Part shown: positions 9,956 to 18,053 of the stretch, piece by piece
Layout: each line of letters begins with the position of its first letter
Position numbering within the stretch: position 1 is the first letter of the stretch
Source of the DNA: a virus
Lineage: Duplodnaviria > Caudoviricetes
IMG/VR virus record: IMGVR_UViG_3300027212_000006
Coordinates: 30,456-94,455 of that record
Length of the DNA stretch: 64,000 nt
Strand: one strand, 5' to 3'
Made by a program: the position numbers and the translations under genes
Notes under the pieces: model-generated
Databases searched by the model: none
What the model was told of the DNA's origin: nothing
Seen by the model: only the letters and a program-made list of their open reading frames with translations

Positions 9956-9968
9956 TTATTAATTAACT
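9950..9968. repeat. 19-bp AT-rich inverted repeat at the gyrA stop
   Basis: AGTTAATTA-T-TAATTAACT, between gyrA and the next tail gene. Confidence 0.5.
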
Positions 9969-9985
9969 TGTAAGGAATTAAGAAT

Positions 9986-10390
9986 ATGGCTAACGCACTT
10001 TACGACACTGGAAGAAATGCTTTTTTAAGAGGCGATTTGAGTTGGAATTCACATACGTTCAAGGTAGTACTGCTATCTAGTTCATATACTGTTAATTTAG
10101 CTTCACATCAATACTTATCTAGCGTTCCTGGTGGAGCAAGGGTAGCCACTTCTACAGCGCTTACAACATCATTGCCAGGAGCCGGTATCGCAGATGCAAG
10201 TGACATAACATTTACATCTGTCACCGGCTCCCAAGTGACCCAATTTGCAATTTACAGAGACACTGGCGTAGAAGCTACATCTCAACTAGTTGCATATTTT
10301 GACACTGCAACAAACCTACCTATAACACCAAATGGGGGAGATATTTCCATCACTTGGTCAAATGACACTAACAGAATATTTAAACTTTAG
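9986..10390 (+). CDS. Conserved small phage tail/virion protein
   Basis: MANALYD...TPNGGDI.ITW...IFKL matches a widespread minor tail protein family of tailed phages (recognised by eye). SD AAGGA. Confidence 0.8.
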   Translation: MANALYDTGRNAFLRGDLSWNSHTFKVVLLSSSYTVNLASHQYLSSVPGGARVATSTALTTSLPGAGIADASDITFTSVTGSQVTQFAIYRDTGVEATSQLVAYFDTATNLPITPNGGDISITWSNDTNRIFKL

Positions 10391-10398
10391 GGGCAGAA

Positions 10399-10647
10399 AT
10401 GGATTACACATCATATACTATTGAAGAATTAGTTGATCTTAAATTAGTAAAAGAAACTGCTCTAGAATTAGCAAAAGCAGACCTTGATGAGGTTGCAGAC
10501 GCTTTGAGAGAAAAGCAAGTGAGTTTGGAACTTGCTAATAAATTAAACTCAATGACTGCAGAAGAAATTGAGTTATTAAGAAATTACAATCCTTCAGCAA
10601 TGACAGTTGGCAGTATTTTATCTCAAGAGGAAGTTGGCAAAGTTTAG
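10399..10647 (+). CDS. Small coiled-coil tail-associated protein
   Basis: 82 aa, heptad-like. Ends in ILSQEEVG, the motif repeated in the next ORF. Confidence 0.7.
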   Translation: MDYTSYTIEELVDLKLVKETALELAKADLDEVADALREKQVSLELANKLNSMTAEEIELLRNYNPSAMTVGSILSQEEVGKV

Positions 10648-10662
10648 CCAGTTATTTCTTCT

Positions 10663-11706
10663 ATGAGCGCCAATGATTTCTTAGCGCAATCAACTCCTCA
10701 AAGTATTGGCGCAACTTCTATACCATCTTCTGAATCATTTGATAATCAGGCTTTATTGGCTTCTAAAAAGCTTTCTCCTACCGCAATAACCACAAGAGAA
10801 ACCTTTCCAGTAAACTCTAGAATTGCTAATATAGTTTTTCTTTATCCTAATCTAATTGAATCTTCAGAAAGCATACCCACTGACTTACAGCTAAATGTAT
10901 TTAATGCTCGCTCATATTTTGAGTTTAGCAATTCAATTTTAAGTGAAGAAGTATTTGGTACTCCCACCACAACTTCAATAACAAATATATCGCTTAGTGC
11001 AATTGGTTCAACTGAATCTTTTCCTAACCTAACGTTTAACTTCTTAGTAAACATGTCAATAGGAACAGGCATATCATCTGCAGAGTCTTTACCAAACAAT
11101 AATTTACTTAAATCTATTGGAATATTACTTCATCCTGATAATATTTTTATAGGGCAAATCTTTTCACAACCAAGCATATATTTAGCTAGAAACTTATATC
11201 CTGGTTCACTTACTAGCTCTGAATTCATTACTAACAATCATTTAATTAATGGAATACAGCCTACAATTAGATTTATCCAGCAATATTCCATCAATTCTTC
11301 TGAAACATTTAACTCCAATAATAGCTTTTCAATAACTCCAGCTCCGCCAACAATTATAGCAGCAGGGTTTATCAAGTCATGGATTGCAGTAGTCAATTCG
11401 ATGCTAGTAAATGTCTCAAAAAAGAACATCCTTGACGTTGATACATTAATTGAATATCAAAAAATTGTTCAACCACAATCCAGATATATCATTGATTCTT
11501 ACACCAAGACAAATAAAATTGAAGTTGATTATTATGAAAAACACTCAGCCACTTCATACATAATTAGCGAAGAAGTTGAGATGGCAAGACAAACCAATGA
11601 TAATTTAGAAAGTTATATTAAACAGAAGCACCACATTGAAAGCTATTTTGTAAGTGAAAATATTAACCTGCCAAAAGTTACAAGATACAAAATTGAAAAA
11701 TATTAG
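10663..11706 (+). CDS. Tail-associated repeat protein (IxSxExF repeats)
   Basis: About 8 repeats at roughly 20-25 aa spacing: IPSSESF, ITTRETF, IESSESI, ILSEEVF, IGSTESF, ISSAESL, LTSSEFI, INSSETF. Confidence 0.7.
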   Translation: MSANDFLAQSTPQSIGATSIPSSESFDNQALLASKKLSPTAITTRETFPVNSRIANIVFLYPNLIESSESIPTDLQLNVFNARSYFEFSNSILSEEVFGTPTTTSITNISLSAIGSTESFPNLTFNFLVNMSIGTGISSAESLPNNNLLKSIGILLHPDNIFIGQIFSQPSIYLARNLYPGSLTSSEFITNNHLINGIQPTIRFIQQYSINSSETFNSNNSFSITPAPPTIIAAGFIKSWIAVVNSMLVNVSKKNILDVDTLIEYQKIVQPQSRYIIDSYTKTNKIEVDYYEKHSATSYIISEEVEMARQTNDNLESYIKQKHHIESYFVSENINLPKVTRYKIEKY

Positions 11707-11718
11707 GAGATAAAAGAA

Positions 11719-12030
11719 TTGCAATCACCGATTTACACAAATACTACTGTTAAAATCTACGCTAAAATTAAGGACGAAGATGGCAACCAAATTGATCCTG
11801 ATGGCATAGATTTCTTCATCACTCAGCCAGGTATTGGGGCTACAACCATTCAGTATTCTTATGGAAATGTTGATGGTACAGTTCAAAAAACAGGTTCTGG
11901 TTCAACTGCAGAATACTTTGTTGAATGGCTTACTGATGACCCTGGTAGATACAAATACACCTGGGAGACAACAGGAACAGTTCAGACAGCATATAAGAGT
12001 TTCTTTGAAGTAGAAAACTCAAGGTGGTAA
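11719..12030 (+). CDS. Small Ig-like/BppU-like virion protein
   Basis: TTG start with SD AGGAG. Beta-rich pattern (DxDGNxIDP...PGRYKYTW). Confidence 0.6.
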   Translation: MQSPIYTNTTVKIYAKIKDEDGNQIDPDGIDFFITQPGIGATTIQYSYGNVDGTVQKTGSGSTAEYFVEWLTDDPGRYKYTWETTGTVQTAYKSFFEVENSRW

Positions 12031-12033
12031 TAA

Positions 12034-12975
12034 ATGGCCTTTCCTGGTTCCCTAACTAGATCAGAGATAGCTTCCGGCTTATTAGTCAGAAGCGTCAAGA
12101 TAAATGGTAATTATTTATTAGTAGAAAATTGCAGCATTAATCAAGTCCAAGAAATAGATATGAATTCTTTGTATCTTCAAGGGGGACCAGGAAGTGCTAT
12201 TGCAAATATTGGTGCTAAAAAATATGAAGGTGATATTTCATTTTTTATACGAGTTGATAGAGATAACGTTTTAGATCCCGCAGTTCAAGTTATATTAAGA
12301 CATGCTGAATCGCCAATGTCAGGACTAATATTGGACACTAATCATCTTCTTTCTCACTTTGATATTACAGCTGAGGATGGTGGAACAGACAATAATGAAC
12401 TCTTGTCAATAGATCAGTTAGTAATTAAAAGTCTAACTATTTCAGCTAATGAAAATGATTATGTTAAAATATCTGCTTCTTTCCAAGGAATGATTGATAC
12501 CAGAGCTTCTTCTGATTATGCAGTACCAGATGAAAATCATGTGCTAGGTAGGTCTTTATCTTGGGGTGACTGTAACGCAAGTAGATATCAATCTTCTATG
12601 CGCACAGTTTCTAATTTTGAACTAACTATAAATAATGAATTGGAATCGCTATCATTTCTTATGGCTGGAGATTTAGCTGGAGTAAATAGATCGGATCAAA
12701 TATCATTAATTGGTGTAAAATCTGTCAAATGGGCTGGAGAATACTCAGAAATACTTCGTAAAGGCATGGAATTAGAAACAGCTATACATGGTGGATGGAT
12801 GGTTGATGAAAACTTAACCTTTACAATAGGACCAATTACTGCGTCTTATAGAATACCTTTATTTCAAAAATCAGAGCTACCACTTTCTTCAAAAATGTTG
12901 ATTAGGAAAGTAAAATGGAATGCTATGATTAATCCATCAGCTCCTTTAAAGCAAGGTGGATTATTTTCAATTTAA
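12034..12975 (+). CDS. Tail tube-like protein (paralog 1)
   Basis: Beta-rich. N-terminus aligns by eye with the next gene (SVKINGN..YLQGGP..NIGAKK vs SIKVSGR..YIQGSP..NIGGTK). FELTINNEL motif typical of tube proteins. Confidence 0.6.
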   Translation: MAFPGSLTRSEIASGLLVRSVKINGNYLLVENCSINQVQEIDMNSLYLQGGPGSAIANIGAKKYEGDISFFIRVDRDNVLDPAVQVILRHAESPMSGLILDTNHLLSHFDITAEDGGTDNNELLSIDQLVIKSLTISANENDYVKISASFQGMIDTRASSDYAVPDENHVLGRSLSWGDCNASRYQSSMRTVSNFELTINNELESLSFLMAGDLAGVNRSDQISLIGVKSVKWAGEYSEILRKGMELETAIHGGWMVDENLTFTIGPITASYRIPLFQKSELPLSSKMLIRKVKWNAMINPSAPLKQGGLFSI

Positions 12976-12980
12976 GAATA
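12953..12980 (+). promoter_or_regulatory. Putative phage promoter AAGG-N18-AGAATA
   Basis: AAGG at 12953-12956, 18-nt spacer, AGAATA at 12975-12980. Upstream of the 13070 gene. Confidence 0.6.
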
Positions 12981-13009
12981 AAATAACAACATTTCAAATG
13001 AATGTATTA

Positions 13010-13037
13010 AAGGGAAAATTTGCATCATAAGAGAAAG
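13010..13037 (+). promoter_or_regulatory. Second, tandem copy of the putative phage promoter (AAGG-N18-AGAAAG)
   Basis: AAGG at 13010-13013, 18-nt spacer, AGAAAG at 13032-13037. Confidence 0.45.
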
Positions 13038-13069
13038 TAAAAATTATATTGGTTTAAGGGAGAATTATT

Positions 13070-14095
13070 ATGCCTCTAAATAATAATCTATTTGGTGTTT
13101 ACAAGTCAATCAAGGTAAGCGGTCGTACATATGTAGCTGAAAGTGCAAACAGAAACGTGAGCATGGAAGTTGATGCGAAGAACTATATCCAAGGTTCTCC
13201 AAAAGCTCGTGTTCTTAACATTGGTGGAACAAAAGAAAGTATTTCCATTACATCACCAATTCTTGTAGGCGCTGGATCTGCTGTTGACGGAAGAGAATTG
13301 GCCAACACCAAAATTGCTGAGATTTTGGACCCTAACTCTGCTACACTTCCAGTTCTTGAAAGTGCTGTTTACAAAGTTAGCCCAGAAGGTGCCTCTGTAT
13401 CTATCACATTAAAATCTGATGGTGATCCTGGTGATCCAACTTCAACAGATCCAAGACCTTTTGAAGTTACAGGTAGAGAAATCGAAGAGCTTAAGCCTGG
13501 ATTCGGCGCTCAACCATCAAGAGTTGCAAGATTCTATGACTTCCGTGTTCAAATTGGTTTCAGAAAGTTCTTCATTCTTGAAGCTGAAATTACAGTTGCT
13601 GCAACTACTACAGAAGCTTACTTCTTAGTACCTTACAACACAATCAACGACGGTAATCCTGCTTATATCCAAGGTCCATCTGGCTCTGGTACAATTACAG
13701 CTGGTTATCAATTCCCGTTCCTTGGTATCTCTGGTATCAAGATTACAGGTAAGGGCAAAGCTGCTGTTATTCTTAGAGATATTCCAGGTACTGCTAACTA
13801 CGGTGACTACTACTTCTTCGATTACTACGGTGGAGAAACCGTTGGAACCGACGAATCTATCAACCTTGGTCTTTCAAGAGGACAATCTGACCTTACATTC
13901 CAAAGACCTGGTGAAGCAGTTGCAGAAGCTCAAAGTTTCCGCCTTGAAATCTTCGACGGTCTTACTGACAATGCATGGGAATCACTTCTTCCAGTTACAA
14001 TTGATACATCCAAGTCTGTTGTTTCTACTTCAAACTTCTCCGTATCAACTGGTCTTCTTACCGTTGACTTCGACTTCTACTGCTGGGTTCAATAA
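13070..14095 (+). CDS. Major tail tube-like protein (paralog 2), probably abundant
   Basis: Paralog of 12034-12975. SD AAGGGAG. Strong C-ending codon bias (TTC, TAC, AAC, GAC). Has its own promoter-like motifs and terminator. Confidence 0.65.
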   Translation: MPLNNNLFGVYKSIKVSGRTYVAESANRNVSMEVDAKNYIQGSPKARVLNIGGTKESISITSPILVGAGSAVDGRELANTKIAEILDPNSATLPVLESAVYKVSPEGASVSITLKSDGDPGDPTSTDPRPFEVTGREIEELKPGFGAQPSRVARFYDFRVQIGFRKFFILEAEITVAATTTEAYFLVPYNTINDGNPAYIQGPSGSGTITAGYQFPFLGISGIKITGKGKAAVILRDIPGTANYGDYYFFDYYGGETVGTDESINLGLSRGQSDLTFQRPGEAVAEAQSFRLEIFDGLTDNAWESLLPVTIDTSKSVVSTSNFSVSTGLLTVDFDFYCWVQ

Positions 14096-14114
14096 TCTAG
14101 CTGCAGAAATGCTT

Positions 14115-14148
14115 ATAAAAAAACCTCCCGAAAGGGAGGTTTTTTTAT
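14115..14148. terminator. Bidirectional intrinsic terminator at the strand switch
   Basis: ATAAAAAAACCTCCC-GAAA-GGGAGGTTTTTTTAT: GNRA loop, U-tracts on both strands, between convergent genes. Confidence 0.92.
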
Positions 14149-14654
14149 TCTCTAGTCCAATCTACTATAAACTCTTCATAATTCCAGTCATCGTAAGGAT
14201 CTATTTTATCCCAAGTTTCTTTGACGACATAAAAGTTAAGTTTATTAAGTATACTCATAATTAAGCCATCAACTATACTACATACTGAATAATACCTTCT
14301 GTGTTTAGAATCGATGTAATGAAGGGTGCAATATAAAATATCTCCCACTTTCGATTCTAATACTACTTTTTCAATTGAAGAATTATTATCTTTTAAATGC
14401 TTATTAAATATTTGATAAATTGTATGTATATGAGAGTTTTTGTGTAAGCTTTTAAAGAAAAATGAGAGCATTGACCCTTCATATGCATTAAGAATTATTG
14501 CAACATCTTTATCATCACCCTCGAGTAATGCATACATCTTACTTTCAGGACTAATTAAAATGTGCTGTAAGTCAACTCTCAAAAGACTCAACTCTTCAAT
14601 ATCATTTAAGTTTTTTGCCTTTATAGTTATTTTTTTGCTTGGTAAATCTTCCAT
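14145..14654 (-). CDS. Divergent bifunctional nuclease (DUF151/BFN)-like protein
   Basis: The pattern IILNAYEG..L / HTIYQIF..L..IEKVVL...GDILYCTL / D.L..S...FYV fits the DUF151 layout. The canonical RPxTHD and DxRPSD motifs are degenerate. Confidence 0.55.
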   Translation of the reverse strand: MEDLPSKKITIKAKNLNDIEELSLLRVDLQHILISPESKMYALLEGDDKDVAIILNAYEGSMLSFFFKSLHKNSHIHTIYQIFNKHLKDNNSSIEKVVLESKVGDILYCTLHYIDSKHRRYYSVCSIVDGLIMSILNKLNFYVVKETWDKIDPYDDWNYEEFIVDWTRE

Positions 14655-15058
14655 TAATGATTACAGCCTTCACTTTTACAAGGCTTGCAACTACCACAAA
14701 GCTTATTGTTTAAATAATGAGATGCAGCTACTAAAAATGAACCAAAAACTAGCACGACAGTAAATAGATCTATTTCAAAACCATGAACTGATGAATGACT
14801 ATGCTGTAATCTTCCAATAACAATTAACATGATTCCAGAGCTTAAATAGGCAAATGCTTTTAATGATTTATGCTTCCTATACCCAAAACATAAACTGCTA
14901 ACACCTAAAATTGCTGAAAATACAAGTAGCCCCCATTCAAATGTTTCACTTACAAAAAGAGACAAACCAAATACTGGGACTAATGTTATTACCAAAGGCA
15001 TAACTAAGCAATGAATAGCGCATGAAACGCTCGAAAACATACCTACTTTATCTATCAT
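14654..15058 (-). CDS. MerC-domain membrane metal transporter-like protein
   Basis: DKVGMFSSVSCAIHCLVMP signature, 4 TM helices, GYRKH, His-rich loop and Cys-rich C-terminus. Confidence 0.85.
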   Translation of the reverse strand: MIDKVGMFSSVSCAIHCLVMPLVITLVPVFGLSLFVSETFEWGLLVFSAILGVSSLCFGYRKHKSLKAFAYLSSGIMLIVIGRLQHSHSSVHGFEIDLFTVVLVFGSFLVAASHYLNNKLCGSCKPCKSEGCNH

Positions 15059-15672
15059 TTTAATTGGTAACTCTTTCTATGAAAATGCTGAAGGCCATGT
15101 TCAGCAACAGCTTCTTTATGTTTAGCAGTAATATAGCCTTTATTGCTTATCAAATCATACTCTGGATGTTCTTCATGCAATTTAGCAAGAACTCTATCAT
15201 GATGTACTTTAGCAATTATACTTGCTGCAGCTACAGCTAATGAAGTTGAATCTGCTTTAGGTATCATCAATTGAGGTTTTAAATTATTCTTGGGACCTTG
15301 ATCAATTACATATAAATGAGGTAATTCATCTATATATTTGGTTGATTTAGATGCTGCGCTTACCATTGCATTTAAATTAGCTTCTTGTATGCCAATTTTG
15401 TCTATATCTTCTGCGGATATTTCAGTCACACCATAAGAAATACAACTAGTAATAATTCTATCGTAAAGCTCTTCTCTTTTTTTCTGGGTAAGTTTTTTAG
15501 AATCATTGACCCCTTCTAAAGTTTGTCTTTCATCTAAAACCACACAAGCAGCAACTAAAGGACCAGCTAAGGATCCACGACCACATTCATCAATTCCAGC
15601 AATGTATTTCCCGTATTTAAGCCTAAGTTCATCATCAAATTTTTTCAATTCAATATATGCTTGTGATTTCAT
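15055..15672 (-). CDS. rnhB: Ribonuclease HII
   Basis: GIDECGRGSLAGP, DSKKL, KAD..SLAVAAASIIAKV, NKGY..H, HRKSY. Confidence 0.95.
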   Translation of the reverse strand: MKSQAYIELKKFDDELRLKYGKYIAGIDECGRGSLAGPLVAACVVLDERQTLEGVNDSKKLTQKKREELYDRIITSCISYGVTEISAEDIDKIGIQEANLNAMVSAASKSTKYIDELPHLYVIDQGPKNNLKPQLMIPKADSTSLAVAAASIIAKVHHDRVLAKLHEEHPEYDLISNKGYITAKHKEAVAEHGLQHFHRKSYQLK

Positions 15673-17435
15673 TGCATTTCTTTCTTTGCTTGATCATGTA
15701 TTTTTTTAGTCAAGAAATCAATAAGTTCTTTTCCAGATTCTACAAGGGAACTTAACAATTCAATATTTTCTGAAAAATAATCAGATTCAATACTTTCTCT
15801 TAAATCTTGTAGTTCTTTGACTTCATCACTATTCAATAATTTAGTATCAATCAATTCAAACAATTGGATTTTTAAAGATGCAAGCCAATCTCTCAAGGAT
15901 GATATTAGTTTAAATCTTTCATCTTCAATTTTATTTTCTTCAGCGTCAAGTAACATTTTAGTCATCTCTTCTTCAGATAATGAACCAGATAATACCATGA
16001 CCTTCTCATTATTGGTAGCTTCATCAATTGCTTTAACAGTTACAATTCCATTTGCATCAACATCAAAAACTACTTCAATTTTTGGTGCGCCTCTTCTTAC
16101 TGGTGGAATATTATCTAGCTTAAACTCACCTAAATAATGATTGTATTTTGTTTGTGGTCTTTCACCTTGAAACACTTTAACATCAACTGAGGTTTGATTG
16201 TCTTCAGCTGTTGTAAATACTTCTCTATATTCTGTAGGAACTTGAGTGTTGCGTCTGATCATTGCATTCATAACACCTCCCAAAGTTTCTATTCCTAAAG
16301 AAAGAGGAGTAACATCTAACAAGAATATCATCTTATCTGAATTGCCTGAAAGAACAGAAGCTTGAATTGCAGCTCCTAATGCTACTGCCTCATCTGGATT
16401 AATAGTTTTGTTGGGCTTTTTACCAACCCACTCTTGTATTTTTTTAGAAACTAGTGGAATGCGAGTAGAACCACCAACAAAGACCACTTCATCAATATCT
16501 TTGGCCTTTAAGTTAGCATCGTTAAGTGCTTGTTCAATACAGTCTTTTGTTTTGTTTAAAATTGATGTTATTGCGCTTTCAAACTCTTCTCTTGAAACTA
16601 CTACGGAAAGGTTTACTGGTTGCCTATTTCTGAAAGCAAACATTGGAATATTAACATTAGTGCTTTCCAACTGAGATAAAGATTTCTTTGCTTTTTCTGA
16701 TGCTGTTCTTAGTCTGGATTTTTGTTGATCGGATAAATCTTCTATAAGTTTTTCATTGTAATCATAATCAAACTTTAAATTAAACTTATCTAAAATTATC
16801 TGACCAATAATTTTATCAAAATCAGCTCCACCTAAACTAGTGTTACCTGAAGTAGAAAGTACATGAAAATCTACTCCGTCAGACAATTTCAGCACTGTTA
16901 CATCAAAAGTACCACCGCCAAGATCATATACTAAAATTGTTGAGTCGTGAGTTTTATCCAGACCATAGGCTAAAGAAGCAGCTGTAGGTTCATTAATAAT
17001 TCGTAAAACATTAAGCCCAGCAAGCTCACCAGCAGCTTTAGTTGCCTTTCTTTCGTCGTTATTGAAGTAAGCAGGAACTGTAATTACTGCGTCTGTTACT
17101 TCATGTCCTAAATAGTCTTCTGAATCTCTTTTGAGTTTTTTGAGAATCTCTGCTGATATTTCACATGGAGTAAATTGCGAGTTATCAAAAACGTAAAGTT
17201 TATCGAATCCTGAAGACATTTTACGCTTAACTAGTCTGATTGCTCTGTCTGGATTTTCTTCTTCAAAATCAACAGCTAAATCACCAACCATGCGTGTAAG
17301 ATTCTCATCAATTGCAAAAACCGAGGGCGTGATTCGATTCCCTTCACAATTAGGAATGACTTCAGCTACACCATTTTTTACATAAGAAACTACAGAAAAT
17401 GTACTACCTAAATCTATGCCAATTGAAAGTCCCAT
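15669..17435 (-). CDS. dnaK: Hsp70 chaperone DnaK-like
   Basis: GIDLGS, ITVPAYF, NEPTAA, DLGGGTFD, VGGSTRIP, NPDEAVA, LLDVTPLSLG, DNQ, QGER. Shortened C-terminal lid. Confidence 0.93.
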   Translation of the reverse strand: MGLSIGIDLGSTFSVVSYVKNGVAEVIPNCEGNRITPSVFAIDENLTRMVGDLAVDFEEENPDRAIRLVKRKMSSGFDKLYVFDNSQFTPCEISAEILKKLKRDSEDYLGHEVTDAVITVPAYFNNDERKATKAAGELAGLNVLRIINEPTAASLAYGLDKTHDSTILVYDLGGGTFDVTVLKLSDGVDFHVLSTSGNTSLGGADFDKIIGQIILDKFNLKFDYDYNEKLIEDLSDQQKSRLRTASEKAKKSLSQLESTNVNIPMFAFRNRQPVNLSVVVSREEFESAITSILNKTKDCIEQALNDANLKAKDIDEVVFVGGSTRIPLVSKKIQEWVGKKPNKTINPDEAVALGAAIQASVLSGNSDKMIFLLDVTPLSLGIETLGGVMNAMIRRNTQVPTEYREVFTTAEDNQTSVDVKVFQGERPQTKYNHYLGEFKLDNIPPVRRGAPKIEVVFDVDANGIVTVKAIDEATNNEKVMVLSGSLSEEEMTKMLLDAEENKIEDERFKLISSLRDWLASLKIQLFELIDTKLLNSDEVKELQDLRESIESDYFSENIELLSSLVESGKELIDFLTKKIHDQAKKEMQ

Positions 17436-17449
17436 ACAATAAATTATAC
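17436..17449 (-). promoter_or_regulatory. sigma70-like -10 box 7 nt before the dnaK ATG (leaderless-type start)
   Basis: Minus strand reads gTATAAT-ttattgt-ATG; no SD. Confidence 0.55.
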
Positions 17450-17450
17450 A

Positions 17451-17807
17451 TTATTCAGGATTTTCATCAGGTAGCACAGTTCCTCCAGGCTTATAACCCT
17501 CCATTAATGAATGCAATACATCAGACTCTTCAAGTCTTTTTTGCATATTTTTAATTTCGTTTTTAGTTATAGGCTTTTCAGAGTTGATCATTGAAGGGTC
17601 TCTGTGTAAAGAACTTTTGTATTCATGAGCCATAGAAATTAATTGGACAACAGCAAACGTGTCCTTACATTTTACACAACGCATGACAGCATATATCTCC
17701 ACTTCTGATTTAGGAAGCCAACCTAAATGTGACTCCCTGAAGAATGGATGTTTGCAAGTTCTATTAAGACAATTTTTTGGCTTTCCAACAATGGTTTGGT
17801 GATGCAT
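17451..17807 (-). CDS. Hypothetical zinc-ribbon-like protein
   Basis: CLNRTC...CVKC. SD-like AGGCAGG. Confidence 0.7.
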   Translation of the reverse strand: MHHQTIVGKPKNCLNRTCKHPFFRESHLGWLPKSEVEIYAVMRCVKCKDTFAVVQLISMAHEYKSSLHRDPSMINSEKPITKNEIKNMQKRLEESDVLHSLMEGYKPGGTVLPDENPE

Positions 17808-17841
17808 AGTATACCTGCCTATAAGATGCTGATTCTTTTAA

Positions 17842-17869
17842 TATTCTATTTCAATAAGAGTAATTCCTA
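17842..17869 (-). promoter_or_regulatory. Putative phage promoter TAGG-N18-AGAATA
   Basis: Minus strand TAGG aattactcttattgaaat AGAATA, upstream of 17807. Confidence 0.6.
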
Positions 17870-17896
17870 AGGTTAAAAAGTATTACTTATGGTATA
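17869..17896 (+). promoter_or_regulatory. Divergent degenerate copy (AAGG-N18-GGTATA)
   Basis: Back-to-back with the minus-strand copy, sharing the CCTAAGG core. Faces the 23-aa ORF. Confidence 0.4.
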
Positions 17897-17901
17897 TTAT
17901 A

Positions 17902-17916
17902 AACAGTAGTACTGTT
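17902..17916. promoter_or_regulatory. 15-bp palindrome, possible operator
   Basis: AACAGTA-G-TACTGTT, just downstream of the putative + strand -10. Confidence 0.45.
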
Positions 17917-17979
17917 CATTGTCGAGCATTATTCTTCCAAAGATGGTTTGTTTGAAATCTATTTAAGGAGGTATTGGCA

Positions 17980-18051
17980 ATGAATATACTTAGAGACATC
18001 GAGCAACTCTTTACAACTGTATTTGAGACTCTTTTCAAATTCGAGTTATAA
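17980..18051 (+). CDS. Small amphipathic peptide MNILRDIEQLFTTVFETLFKFEL, absent from the ORF track
   Basis: Perfect SD TAAGGAGGT (17964-17972) 7 nt before the ATG. The stop lies 2 nt before the next start. Confidence 0.7.
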   Translation: MNILRDIEQLFTTVFETLFKFEL

Positions 18052-18053
18052 TT

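Noticed and set aside
9929-9956. Another AGG-N18 promoter copy before 9986
   Set aside because: The downstream hexamer (GTTAAT) matches AGAATA too poorly to separate from AT-rich background.
14654-15058. Mercury-resistance operon or transposon
   Set aside because: Only a lone MerC-family gene is present; no merR, merA, merP, merT or transposase.
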